A stretch of DNA of 64,000 bases, taken from contig OX597824.1 in assembly GCA_951406725.2 (NCBI GenBank), positions 78,926,001 through 78,990,000 on the forward strand, written 5' to 3'. Source of the DNA: Octopus vulgaris (taxonomy: Eukaryota). This document shows positions 28,289 to 39,544 of the stretch, in pieces. The first letter of the stretch is position 1; every line of letters begins with the position of its first letter. The notes under the pieces were generated by a model, which was not told the origin of the DNA, did not search any database, and saw nothing but the letters and a program-made list of their open reading frames with translations. A program made the position numbers and the translations under genes.

Positions 28289-28429
28289 AAAGCTGTGGAC
28301 ATCAACTCGCGTCTGGAATTCCTTACAGGATGGAGTGAGGGGGATGAAACGCAGACCCCTACCAAGGACGGAGCGTTCAGCCGCAGAGAGGGGAAGATCG
28401 GGGGGAATGGTAACAACAGACGGAAGTGG

Positions 28430-29145
28430 AGAAGGGGTGGGTGGAATAGAAGTAGGAGGGGTGGTAGGTCTCGTGGAGGTCTGAGGGGGAGGGATTGTGG
28501 AGGTGTGTGGGGGTGGGGGTGGTTGGGCGGGGCAGTAGGGTTAGGTGTAGGTGGATGGAGCCTAACGGGAGGGGAGAAGGGGTTGTAGGGAGGGGCAGTG
28601 GGGTTAGGTGTAGGTGGATGGAGCCTATCGGGAGGGGAGAAGGGTGGTGGAGGAGTTGGGGTAGTGGCGTCGGGTAGGGTGGAATGGAAGAGTGATTGGA
28701 GTTTACGAAGTTTGGTATCAGAAAGAAATTGATGGAAGAGTTGATTCAAATGGATAATGAAGCGTAGCGTGTTTGGAGCATAGAGAGGCGGCAGAGAGGC
28801 GAAGAAGGTGGAGAAAGCAGGAGGAAGAAGGCGGTTGATGGCATGTAGTTTGGAGAGATTGGAGCGAATGGTGGCCCGCATAAGGCGGTAAGATGTGGTG
28901 CGGAGTATGGGTAAGATGGAAGAATCCGAGTGGAGAGCAGGGTGGAAGTGGAGGCGGAAACCTTTAGGGATGAGTCGGTGATGTAGGCAGCGGCTTAGGA
29001 AAGAGACATGGCTAGAGAAGCGGGTTTTTTTAAAAAGAAGTAGAGAGAGATTAACGGACGGCTGAAGGCAATATACAGGAAGCGAACGTAGATGATCCTT
29101 CAAACGGTGATGGAGGGTGAGGAGGTAGGACCTAGGATCCGGCAT
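28430..29145 (-). CDS. N-terminal part of the PLE polyprotein, separated from the RT frame by a -1 frameshift in a Pro-rich C-run region
   Basis: ATG at 29145 gives MPDPRS..HVSFLSRCLHHRLIPKGFRL, a PLE-type N-terminal motif. The RT frame reads VVTIPPDLPLSAAERSVLGRGLRFIP and is open from just after a TAA at ~28541. Confidence 0.8.
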
Positions 29146-29777
29146 GATGGGATAGCGGAAAAAAAACGTTCGAAAAAACAAAAAAAAAAAAAAACAAAAA
29201 ACAAAAATTATCGTATGAAAAAAATAGAAGAAAAGGATAGAGAAAAAAGGGGAAAAAACAAACGTTCAAAAAAAACAAAAAAATAATAATCGTATGAAAA
29301 AACTAGATAAGTAAGCGATAGGGGCAGAAAAGACGGGGCAAACGGAAAAGGGAAAGAAAGAAGGGAAGCAGAGAGAGGGGGAGGCAAAAAAAGGGGGGGT
29401 GCAGGCAGAGGAAACGGAGTATGGACATCCAGAGAGGGAAGAAAGACGGAAAGGAGAACAAAAATTCAGGAAAATGTGGGAAGCATGAAATGAATGTAAA
29501 AAAAGTGGTAATATAAGAGAAAATAAAAATACAACAAACGGGACAGTTTCTGCGAACAAGTTCAAGGTTGAAAGTTCAAGGTGAGAAATGTGTAGACGTC
29601 GTGGTATATTTTTTAAGGATTTCACATCAATGCAAAGTCACTTTGATCCGCGAAAGAGAGGTGCAGCCAATGGTAAGTATCCAAGAGGTAAAGAAAATCC
29701 AAGGTAGAGGTAAGTGTTGATAGTGGTATTGGTAGAATATAGGATGAAAGTGAGACCACGTGAGCGCATAATATATA

Positions 29778-31198
29778 ACGGGAAGCTTTATGAAAATAAA
29801 CAAAAGACGAAGGCAGGTGGAAAACAAACGAACAATTGTATTAGTATGGCGCTCAGGAAATATAAATAAAACAAGTCTTTAACGTTTCGAGCCTACGCTC
29901 TTCAACAGAAAGATACAGAGAGAGAGAAAAACACAGAAAGAAGGAGAGAAAAAAAATGCGTGCAGTAGCTAACGAATCAACATGGCGATCTGATTTCGGC
30001 CAGAGGTCAAAGATCAAACATGAGACGCGAGAGCGAAATAAGGGGAGATAATAGGGTTGATAAAAGGGTTGAGGGACCAGCTAAAAGTGCGTGGGAGGGG
30101 TCTGGATGTGTGTATGTATAGGGTTGGTGTATGTATTAGTATGTATAAGGGTGTGTGTGTGTGTGTGTGTGTGTGCGTGTATGAGAGAGTATTAGTGCGT
30201 AAGATTGGTCTGGACGTGCGTATGTATGGGGTTGGTGTATGTATTAGTATGTATTAGTATGTATTAGTACGTATTGGTATGTATAGGTATGTGTGTGTGT
30301 TTGTGTGAGAGAGTATAAGTGCGTATGCGGCGTCTGGACGTGTGTATGTATAGGGTTGGTGTAAGTATTAGTATGTACTAGTATGTATTAGTACGTATTA
30401 GTATGTATTAGTTGGTGTGTGTATTAGTATGGCACATCATATGTGATGTGATGTGTAAAGTCATGTGGTGTAGTGAGGAGAAGAGGGGGATGGGGAGAAG
30501 AGGGGGAGAAGAGGGTGAGGGGGAGAAGGGGAGGGGAAGAAGAGGGGGAGGAGAAGGGGGAAGAGGAGAGGATGGGGGAGAAGGAAGGGGAGGAGGGGAT
30601 GAAGGAGGAAAGAGGGAGAGGGGGAGAGAGGGAGTGAGGGAGCAGAGGGAAGGGGAAGAGGGAGGGAGAAAGAAGGAAGAAGGGAAGGGGACTAGGGGTG
30701 AAAGGATGAAGGACTGAAGAAGTAGGGGTCGGGGGGAGAAAGGATAGGTGAGGAGGGGGGAGAGGGGTGTTAGATGAGGAGGGGGCAGAGTTGAGACCAA
30801 ATGGCGTATAAGAGCGAAGAGAGAAGATTAATTCCTGTTCACGGCGCAAACGGGAATCCGGATGGCCTCTGTGTAAGGACAAACCGAACACAGATAGGTG
30901 TTGCAAGGAGTGACCGGTGGAGCGGAAATGGCGTGAGACCGGTGTGTCGTTCGCAAGGTGGATGTCACGAAGGTGTTCCGCGAACCGGTCAGCCAAGCGG
31001 CGTCCCGTTTGTCCGATGTACAAGGAATTGCAGAGAGAGCAAGAGATGCAATAGATAATATTGCTGGAGGTGCAGGTGAAGGAGTGGATGATAGGATAGG
31101 GTCGATGGTGGGTGCTAGTGAGGCGGGTGGTGTTGGAGAGGTAAGGGCAAGTGCGGCAACGTGGGCGGGAGCAGGGGAACGAGCCGGGTTGGGAGGTA
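29778..31198 (-). repeat. 5' pseudo-LTR of the PLE (ORF 3' end + 3' UTR of a truncated tandem copy)
   Basis: Encodes the same GIY-YIG C-terminus. By eye it differs from the other copy only in (GT)n length, homopolymer lengths and about 2 substitutions. Confidence 0.95.
29876..29913 (-). ncRNA. Minimal hammerhead-like motif in 5' pLTR
   Basis: Identical to 25329-25366. Confidence 0.75.
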
Positions 31199-31268
31199 AT
31201 ATATATATATGTGTGTATATATATATATGTGTGTATATATATATATGTATATATATATATACATATAT

Positions 31269-31336
<68 letters not shown>

Positions 31337-31379
31337 GGGGGCACGGTTTCGGTACCTTTGGTTACTCTCTGTTTGTTAG

Positions 31380-31419
<40 letters not shown>

Positions 31420-32259
31420 CCTTTCGTTCATTCAATCACTCTATACACCTATTATTTTATCACACTATATCTCTGACACTCTCTGCCTTTTCCAAAGCTC
31501 TGTTTTGTTTCTACTTCTCCCTTACCCTTTACTCTTTCTTCCAAAACTCCTTATAATTCACAGTCTGCACGCCTGACAACCTGTCTCGCTCGCTGAAAGA
31601 GGTAGCCATAACCAGAAGTACATTGTACTACTTTCAATATATTCTTTCATATGCTTTGTATTGACCCGACCTTTTTTCATTCTTCGAAGCTGTTGGAAGA
31701 CTATAAAAGCGTTTAATGACGGCTAGAAGTTTTCATTAAGAAAAAAAATAATGCTTTCGTTGTTCGAGAGACTGTTGACCAGAACTTAAAAATCGATAGG
31801 TCACACAACCATTAATGAATGCAGAGAAAACATTTCCACGGGAAATATTTAAAAAATTTCAAATATTAAAAAAAAATGTTTAAATGTGGCATGCTATTAT
31901 GAAATAATTATTAAGGCGTTACCAGTGCTAATTAGATGTTTAAAAACGTAAAGAACTAATTTGAGGAAAAATAACAAGCGAAAGAAAGCATTAATACAGT
32001 TAAAATAATGGCGCTGGTGTTTACACTTTAAAATGACAGAACGAGGGAGAAAAGCTGGAGAGGAAGAGAGAAGAAGGGAGAGAGATGGTGGGGATGAGAA
32101 AGTGAAAGATCGCGAGACATGGAGAAAGAGTAAGGGATGGGAAGCATTGGGTGAATACGAGACAAATTGGGCTGTGAGACGTTCTCAGTTTTAAGAAAAC
32201 AGCCACAAAAATACATTTGCGCATAGAGTGTATGTATGTATATATTTACACACACATAC

Positions 32260-32717
32260 ACACACACATACATACATACATACATACATGCATGCATGCA
32301 TGCATGCATACATACTTACATACATGCATACATGCATACATACATACATACATGCATGCATGCATGCATACATACATACTTGCATACATACATACATGCA
32401 TACATGCATACATACATACATACATACATACATGCATACATGCATACATACATACATACATGCATACATACATACATACATACATGCATACATGCATACA
32501 TACATACATACATGCATGCATACATGCATACATGCATACATGCATACATACATGCATACATACATACATACATACATATATACATACATACATACATACA
32601 TGCATACATACATGCATACATACATACATACATGCATACATGCATACATACATACATACATACATACATGCATACATACATACATACATACATACATACA
32701 TACATACATACATACAT
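32260..32717. repeat. (CATA/CATG)n compound microsatellite
   Basis: Direct reading. Confidence 0.97.
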
Positions 32718-32988
32718 TAGGCACAGTATTACTAGTTATCCATGTATCAAATACAGAGAACTTGATATCAATGATAAAGATAAATATCATTCTACAGTAC
32801 TAAAGAAATACAGTTACTCAAGTTTCAAGTTAGACAGGTGGATCAATCTCCCTTGGATATAAATATATATATATCTTATATAAAATCCGTTCTGTGTGTG
32901 TGTGTGTGTGTCTTCTCGGATCTCGGACATCCTCCATCCAATTGCGCTCAAATTTGACATGTAGATACCGACGGTATCAGGGCGTGTA

Positions 32989-33577
32989 AGGCAGAAACGT
33001 TAGCACGCTGGGCGAAATGCTTAGCGGTATTTCGTCAGCCGTAACGTTCTGAGTTTCAATTCCGCCGAAGTCGACCTAGCCTTTAATCCTTTCGGGGTCG
33101 ATTAAATAAGTACCAGTTACGCACTGGGGTCGATATAATCGACTTAATCCGTTTGTCTGTCCTTGTTTGTTCTCTCTGTGTTTAGCCCCTTGTGGGTAGT
33201 AAAGAAGTAGGTATTTCGTCTGCCGTTACGTTGTGAGTTCAAATTCCGCCGAGGTCGACTTTACCTTTCATCCTTTCGGGGTCGATAAATTAAGTACCAG
33301 TTACGCACTGGGGTCGATATAATCGACTTAATCCGTTTGTCTGTCCTTGTTTGTCCTCTCTGTGTTTAGCCCCTTGTGGGTAGTAAAGAAATAGGTATTT
33401 CGTCTGCCGTTACGTTCTGAGTTCAAATTCCGCCGAGGTCGACTTTGCCTTTAATCCTTTCGGGGTCGATAAATTAAGTACCGGTTATGCACTGGGGTCG
33501 ATGTAATCGACTTAATACTTATGTCTGTCCTTGTTTGTCCCCTCTATGTTTAGCCCCTTGTGGGTAATAAAGAAATA
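32989..33577 (+). mobile_element. SINE family A trimer with 16-bp TSD
   Basis: TSD ggtatcagggcgtgta at 32973-32988 and 33578-33593. Confidence 0.93.
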
Positions 33578-33799
33578 GGTATCAGGGCGTGTATAAGTCT
33601 TGAAAAAATTACAAAAATCGATTCCAAGTGAGAATGCGATCGATAAAGCCGTTTTTGTCCTGCTTTTCTTCCGTCAACCTGTACATAACTGCACCTTTCA
33701 TTTTTTGTTGTTTTTGTACCCAAAGCTTCTAAATATGTTGTTCACAAGAACTCAGCTTTGTCACACAACATGAAAATCAACATACTGTTAACAGATAAT

Positions 33800-34500
33800 G
33801 AACAACTTGTCCCCACAATGCGAACCCTATGCAATTGACCAGAAAGATAGGGTTCTGGTATACTGGGGAGCTAGAAAGAAGTTAGCATTATATGTAATGA
33901 AACCAGTGGTACCTGCCTTAGATATAGTAGTAAAAACTGGAATAGGATACAAAGAGCTTGTGACAAAGAAAACAGGGTGAACACGTGGTACAAGGCCGAC
34001 AAATATCAAGGAGTGATGTTTGTAGAGGCCACAGCCCATGGAGAACTAGCCCGAGCCAAACTCAACATTAAGATCGTTGAAAATCCAGGGAACTCCATCA
34101 GATCACAACTATATAGGACGTATCCCTTTGAGTATACCACATGCATCAGTGATAATTGCATGGGTTGTAAGATTAACCCTGGCATTAACAGTAGAACTAG
34201 AAATGTAGTCTACAGCATAAGGTACATAGAAGGGCATTTTAAAGACAAGAACATGATATACATAGGTGAGCCATCTAGAAGAATTGCGGAGAGACTAAAT
34301 GAACATTTGAGACAATATGACGACAAGAAACAGTCCTCCATACTCTAACAACATGCCAAAGACCAACATGGGAGCACATTGGGTCAACTTGACATCCTAA
34401 TTTTTATCCAAGCAACCGAAGGACGCAACACTTAGACAGACACAGGAGTATGTTCTCATAAATGAAACATCCCCAGTACTAAATAGGAAATATCCGTAGA
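33800..34500 (+). pseudogene. Degenerate PLE C-terminal (Cys linker + GIY-YIG) fragment from a second family
   Basis: ORF 33977-34348: CISDNCMGC..RNVVYSI..IYIGEPSRRIAERLNEH, followed by a stop and frameshifts. Confidence 0.85.
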
Positions 34501-34593
34501 AGGCAGTCATACTCCAATACCCACAGTTAATATACAGACAGATAGAGTTGTTAGTAGGGTGTTATGTAGTCGTGTATGTATGTATGTGTGTGT

Positions 34594-34631
<38 letters not shown>

Positions 34632-34964
34632 GTAAACAGATAGATAAATAGATAGGTACATACATACACAAATGAAGACTGAAACACCTAACCATATACA
34701 CACACGCACACTTCACACACACACAGAAGGACACATATGGACACAAACATCCTTACATACACATAGATACACTCAAGCATGCACACACAGGGAGACAGAC
34801 GTACACACACAAATACATACGCATACAAACACACTCACATAAACACACAAACACATGAGTATGCAGAATACATACAAACGTACACACACGCATATATATA
34901 TATACATAGTACATACATATGTGTATATCCATTTACACTGACGCTCACGCATGCGCACAAACAA

Positions 34965-35185
34965 AACGAACGCAGCTTTGATAACGGACAGGGTCAACGA
35001 CTATTGAAGAGGTTGCAAGACACAACGAAAATTTTAGAAAAAAAAAATAAATAAATGAGTGGAATTCGAACCGGTGAGTGTGTTAAGTAATAAGGTACTA
35101 AAAGAGAATGACCCTTCGCAGACAGAATAAAATATGCTTCAACATGAATTCACATAAAGAATCTTGCAAACCAAATACAAAAACG

Positions 35186-35190
<5 letters not shown>
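34965..35190 (+). mobile_element. ~225-bp microsatellite-flanked repeat (second copy at 45075-45300 on -)
   Basis: The two copies align by eye. Each contains a GTTG(C)..(G)CAAC hairpin between TTGAA(G/A)A and GAAA. Confidence 0.7.
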
Positions 35191-35230
<40 letters not shown>

Positions 35231-35285
35231 AATTATTTGTATGTTATATGTATATGTATGTGTATTTATGTTACTATCTGTGTAT

Positions 35286-35343
35286 ATTCCACTGATGAGG
35301 CAAAGCACTTCTTATGCAAAGCCAGAAGTCCGGGATCTGGAAT
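35286..35343 (+). ncRNA. Degenerate hammerhead-like motif
   Basis: attcca-CTGATGA-GGC..GCC-A-GAAG-TCCgGGA-TC-tggaat. 6-bp stem I, but GAAG replaces GAAA. Confidence 0.4.
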
Positions 35344-35488
35344 TATCCAGTCATTTTTTTGCTAGTTCATCTTGTCCTTTTGTCTTCTCTCCTGGTGCGG
35401 TATAAACATTTAATGTGGTTTTAGAGTCAAGTTTTGGCTGCTATTTCCAGCGTGGAGGTATCTCTTAGATATCCTAAATTATAATTTA

Positions 35489-35546
<58 letters not shown>

Positions 35547-35550
<4 letters not shown>

Positions 35551-35735
35551 ATCAAAGCATGAAAACACAACAACGCGAGGACGTGGAACAAATATAGTAT
35601 TATTGGATGCACAGGAAAGAAGGAAAAAAGGAGGGTTTAACGTTTCGAGCGGAGCTCTTCGTCAGAAACATAGGAAAAGGAAAGATCCAGAGAAGGGAAG
35701 ACAGGAAAAAAATCGCCATCGGTACACATGCGGTC
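35547..35735 (-). mobile_element. HHR-bearing cassette, same family as 4744-4940; HHR at 35635-35669
   Basis: Minus strand gttt-CTGACGA-A-GAGC-tcc-GCTC-GAAAC-GTT-aaac. 3' end abuts (TA)n. Confidence 0.8.
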
Positions 35736-35773
35736 ACATTTTATACATGGCCATACTCACGTGAGTGTGTGCA

Positions 35774-35811
<38 letters not shown>

Positions 35812-35869
35812 TTCTGACGTAGGCACACGCAAACACACACTCACACCACGCACACTCACACACACACAC

Positions 35870-35906
<37 letters not shown>

Positions 35907-36405
35907 TGCATACACAGACACATATACACACATATTTGTTTGCTTTATCTCAATGGGAGATTTTTGCCCACCTGGTAGACATGAAACTTGAGTGGCATCT
36001 GTTTATAATGATATTTAACTCTTTCCTGAGTATCGAGTTTTCTTTACTTGTATGCGTATGTATGTATGTGTATATATATATATATATGTAGTGGCAGTAG
36101 ACATGCGCACGCTGATAGACACATACACACACGTACATAAACAAAAATGCACACACATTTGAATTGAAACTTCAGCTTTTTCAGCTTTTGCTAAAAATAA
36201 GCCTGGGTTTTAATTCAATAATTTCCTGTCCTAACTGAAGTATTGTAGCCATGACAATGTTTCATATGGGTAAGGCTCAAACATAGGAGATCGCCAGGGA
36301 ATCGTATAACATGGTATGACCGAAGCTTTGAGGCTTTGTATCTGTGCACTGTATATGAGTTAAGACGTTTCCATAAAAGTCTGTATCTTTGAAAAGAAAA
36401 AACTA

Positions 36406-36470
36406 AGCTCAGTTGGGAGAGCGTTAGACTGAAGATCTAAAGGTCCTTGGTTCGATCCCGGGTTTCGGCA
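36406..36470 (+). pseudogene. tRNA-Phe(GAA) copy lacking the 5' acceptor strand
   Basis: AGCTCAGTTGGGAGAGCGTTAGACTGAAGATCTAAAGGTCCTTGGTTCGATCCCGGGTTTCGGCA matches metazoan tRNA-Phe positions 9-73 with one change. GCCGAAAT is missing. A SINE-type tail follows at 36500-36565. Confidence 0.9.
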
Positions 36471-36717
36471 TCCGGTGTTTGGCACAAATCTTTTACAAAT
36501 GGCGGTGCCCCAGCATGGCCACAGCTCGTGAGCTGAAACTAGATAAAATGAAATAAAATAAAATACGCAACTCCTTTTTTGTGTGTGTATATGTGATCCA
36601 CATGTTTATTTTATATCGCCCGTGATGTCACCAAGTTTCAATATTCCAGCGAAAATTTAATCAAAACTATAATCGATGCTATAATAATATCGATGGAGGC
36701 GCAATGGCACAGCGGTA

Positions 36718-36810
<93 letters not shown>

Positions 36811-36984
36811 ACGACAGGCTTCTTTTCCCTCTACCAAATCCACTCACAAGACTTTGGTCGACCCGAGGCTATAGTAGAAGACACTTGCCCAAGATGCCAC
36901 GCAGTCGACTGAACCCAGAACCATGTGGTTGGTAAGCAAGCTACTTACCACACAGCCACTCATGCGCCTAATGATAATAATAAC

Positions 36985-37089
<105 letters not shown>

Positions 37090-37101
37090 AAGAAGAAGAA
37101 G

Positions 37102-37135
<34 letters not shown>

Positions 37136-37491
37136 CCAACAAAAACATCAGCAGTAGCAGCTACAATAACAACAAGAGGAAGAAAAAAGAACTAATTAGT
37201 GAAATACTATACACACTAAACGGCTTCCTTATTCCCGGTGTCTTTCACTGCAAGATATCATAATTAATTTTCATAAACTGATTTAATTTCATTTGGAATC
37301 CACCACACTCATTAACACTTAGCCCATTTCTCCCATCACGGAAAATATCACTATCAAAAATAAATAAACATGCTTCCACGAAATATCTGATTGGGAAATA
37401 GATTACAGCTGATTCAACGAGCTTTATCATTGCTGGCTTTGCGCGAAGGATTAGCAGAAATACAATGTTTTCATATATATATATATATATA

Positions 37492-38251
37492 CTAGCAGTA
37501 TCGCCCGGCGTTGCTCAGGTTTGTAAGGGAAATAACTATAAAGGATTTTTAGAGAGTTATAGCCAAATAATAGCAAAAAAATGGAAAAAAATTATGGTAA
37601 TTTTTTTTTTAGTTAAAAAAGGTGGAGTTGCGTCCCCTAGACAGTTTGCGGTTTGTGTTTCTGATTCTCGACCCCATGTCGAATTTATCGATTTTTTTCA
37701 GAACTGGGGGAACTTTTCAAAATTTTCGCTGCGTTAGTTTTGAATTATCACATTGGGCTATGTGTGTGTCAAGTTTCATCAGAATCGGTTGAAAGCCGTG
37801 GTCAGGGTGAGGGTACAAGCAAACAGACACACAGAAACACGCACAGACAAACTGCCGTTTATATATATACTAGCAGTATTACCCGGCGTTGCTCGGGCTT
37901 GTAAGGGAAATAACTATAAAGCATTTTTAGAGAGTTATAGCCAAAAAATAGCAAAAAAATGGGAAAAAAATGATGGTAAATTTTTTTTGAGAGTGAAAAA
38001 GGTCGAGTTGCGTCCCCTAGACAGTTTGCGGTTTGTGTTTCTGATTCTCGACCCCATGTCGAATTTATCGATTTTTTTCAGAACTGGGGGAACTTTTCAA
38101 AATTTTCGCTGCGTTAGTTTTGAATTATGACATTGGGCTATGTGTGTGTCAAGTTTCATCAGAATCGGTTGAAAGCCGTGGTCAGGGTGAGGGTACAAGC
38201 AAACAGACACACAGAAACACGCACAGACAAACTGCCGTTTATATAGAGAGA
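37492..38251 (-). mobile_element. Head-to-tail tandem pair of ~380-bp non-autonomous Helitrons
   Basis: Units at 37492 and 37870, each with the same hairpin + CTAG terminus as 15247. Confidence 0.82.
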
Positions 38252-38435
38252 TATATATATATATATATATAGTGACGTATATTTGCCATTTGAATATGGC
38301 TAACCCCTAAGGGTGGATGCTACTGTAGTTTGTAGCCCCAGGAAGACACCTCCTCCAGCTGGCTATAGACACACATTCTGTGCCCTATCAGTATTTGTGA
38401 AGGGAGGTCATCCTTCCCGTCTTCAACTTATGATA

Positions 38436-38480
38436 CACACGGACTCGAGTTTCAAGGTATTGACCTATCATCGGCGTGTG
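38436..38480 (-). ncRNA. Minimal hammerhead-like motif, unrelated family
   Basis: cacacg-CCGATGA-T-AGGT-caat-ACCT-T-GAAAC-TCGA-GTC-cgtgtg. Perfect 6-bp stem I, palindromic stem III ACTCGAGT, GUC site. Lies in a ~270-bp island between (TA)n tracts. Confidence 0.7.
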
Positions 38481-38538
38481 ACAATCATAGTTGTCGACGA
38501 GAAGTCAGTTCCCCTCACAAATACATATACTTTTTCCA

Positions 38539-38579
<41 letters not shown>

Positions 38580-38594
<15 letters not shown>

Positions 38595-38975
38595 AAGCTG
38601 AAGTTGTCTGTGTATGGCAGGTTTGGTAGCCTTCAACTAACACTATCTCCTCCGAGACCCTGCGGCGCAAGTTGACCAAAATTGAGAGTATGATAGAAGA
38701 AGGCTTGCCCTTCATTCCGTAGAAGAAAAAATTCAAATCGGACCATGTTAACACCATAAATTATTTACATCAAAAGGTGCTTTATTTTTTTCTATGAAAA
38801 TCCCTATTTTTTACGATTTTTTGACTGCTGTGTCACCATTTTTCGGTGTATTTCAACCAGAAAAATGATCACTTAAAGAGAATAACAAGCTACATAATGC
38901 AAAAGTTTTACTTTTCAAAAATTCCAATTCTAAAGCGTTGAAACAAACCCGAGCAACACCGGGCGATACCGCTAG
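38580..38975 (+). mobile_element. Non-autonomous Helitron with the same 3' terminus but a different body
   Basis: Ends cccgagcaacaccgggcgataccgCTAG|T. Confidence 0.78.
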
Positions 38976-39544
38976 TATATGTATAAATGTCATCGTGACT
39001 TACTATAAACAGGCGCAGGAGTGGCTGTGTGGCACCTTGGGCAAGTGTCTTCTACTATAGCATCGGGCCGACCAAAGCCTTGTGAGTGGATTTGGTAGAC
39101 GGAAACTGAAAGAAGCCCGTCGTATATATATATATGCATGTGTGTGAGTGTGTTTGTCCCCCTAGCATTGCTTGACAACCGATGCTGGTGTGTTTATGTC
39201 CCCGTTACTTAGCGGTTCGGCAAAAGAGACTGGGCTTACAAAGGTATAAGTCCCGGGGTCGAGTTGCTCGACTAAAGGCGGTGCTCCAGCATGGCCGCAG
39301 TCAAATGACTGAAACAAGTAAAAGAGTAAAGAGTAAAGAGTAAACAACAATTTGTATGTAGCCTACACCTTGGCCATTCGGTTCATCTTGAATATCAGTG
39401 GTCTAGCGAGATTTCTTCTGTGTAAAACCAACATGTGACCCATCTTGAGTGTCACCGATCTAGCAAGGCTGCTCGTTTTTTTTTTCTTTTGAGGAACTGT
39501 TGTTTGGCCCAGTTTGTCCATCTGTTTCTAGCTAAGTTGTTTCT

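Larger units (their letters stand above)
25231..31198 (-). mobile_element. Penelope-like retroelement (Neptune-like), partial-tandem structure with pseudo-LTRs, inserted in (TA)n
   Basis: Contains an RT+GIY-YIG ORF. 25231-26657 is repeated almost identically at 29778-31198 and includes the ORF 3' end and 3' UTR. Flanked by (TA)n at 25213-25230 and 31199-31335. Confidence 0.96.

Noticed and set aside
26260-28677. Plus-strand ORFs overlapping the PLE
   Set aside because: Antisense shadows of a GC-rich coding region, with no recognisable motifs.
30424-31431. 335-aa ORF as a separate gene
   Set aside because: A chance fusion of microsatellite, the pLTR's GIY-YIG fragment and 3' UTR read-through caused by a 1-bp homopolymer difference.
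31588-31635. CTGAAAGA-GGT..ACC-AGAAG-TAC..GTAC hammerhead-like match
   Set aside because: Several core deviations and no stem I.
36406-36470. Functional tRNA-Phe gene
   Set aside because: The 5' strand of the acceptor stem is missing.
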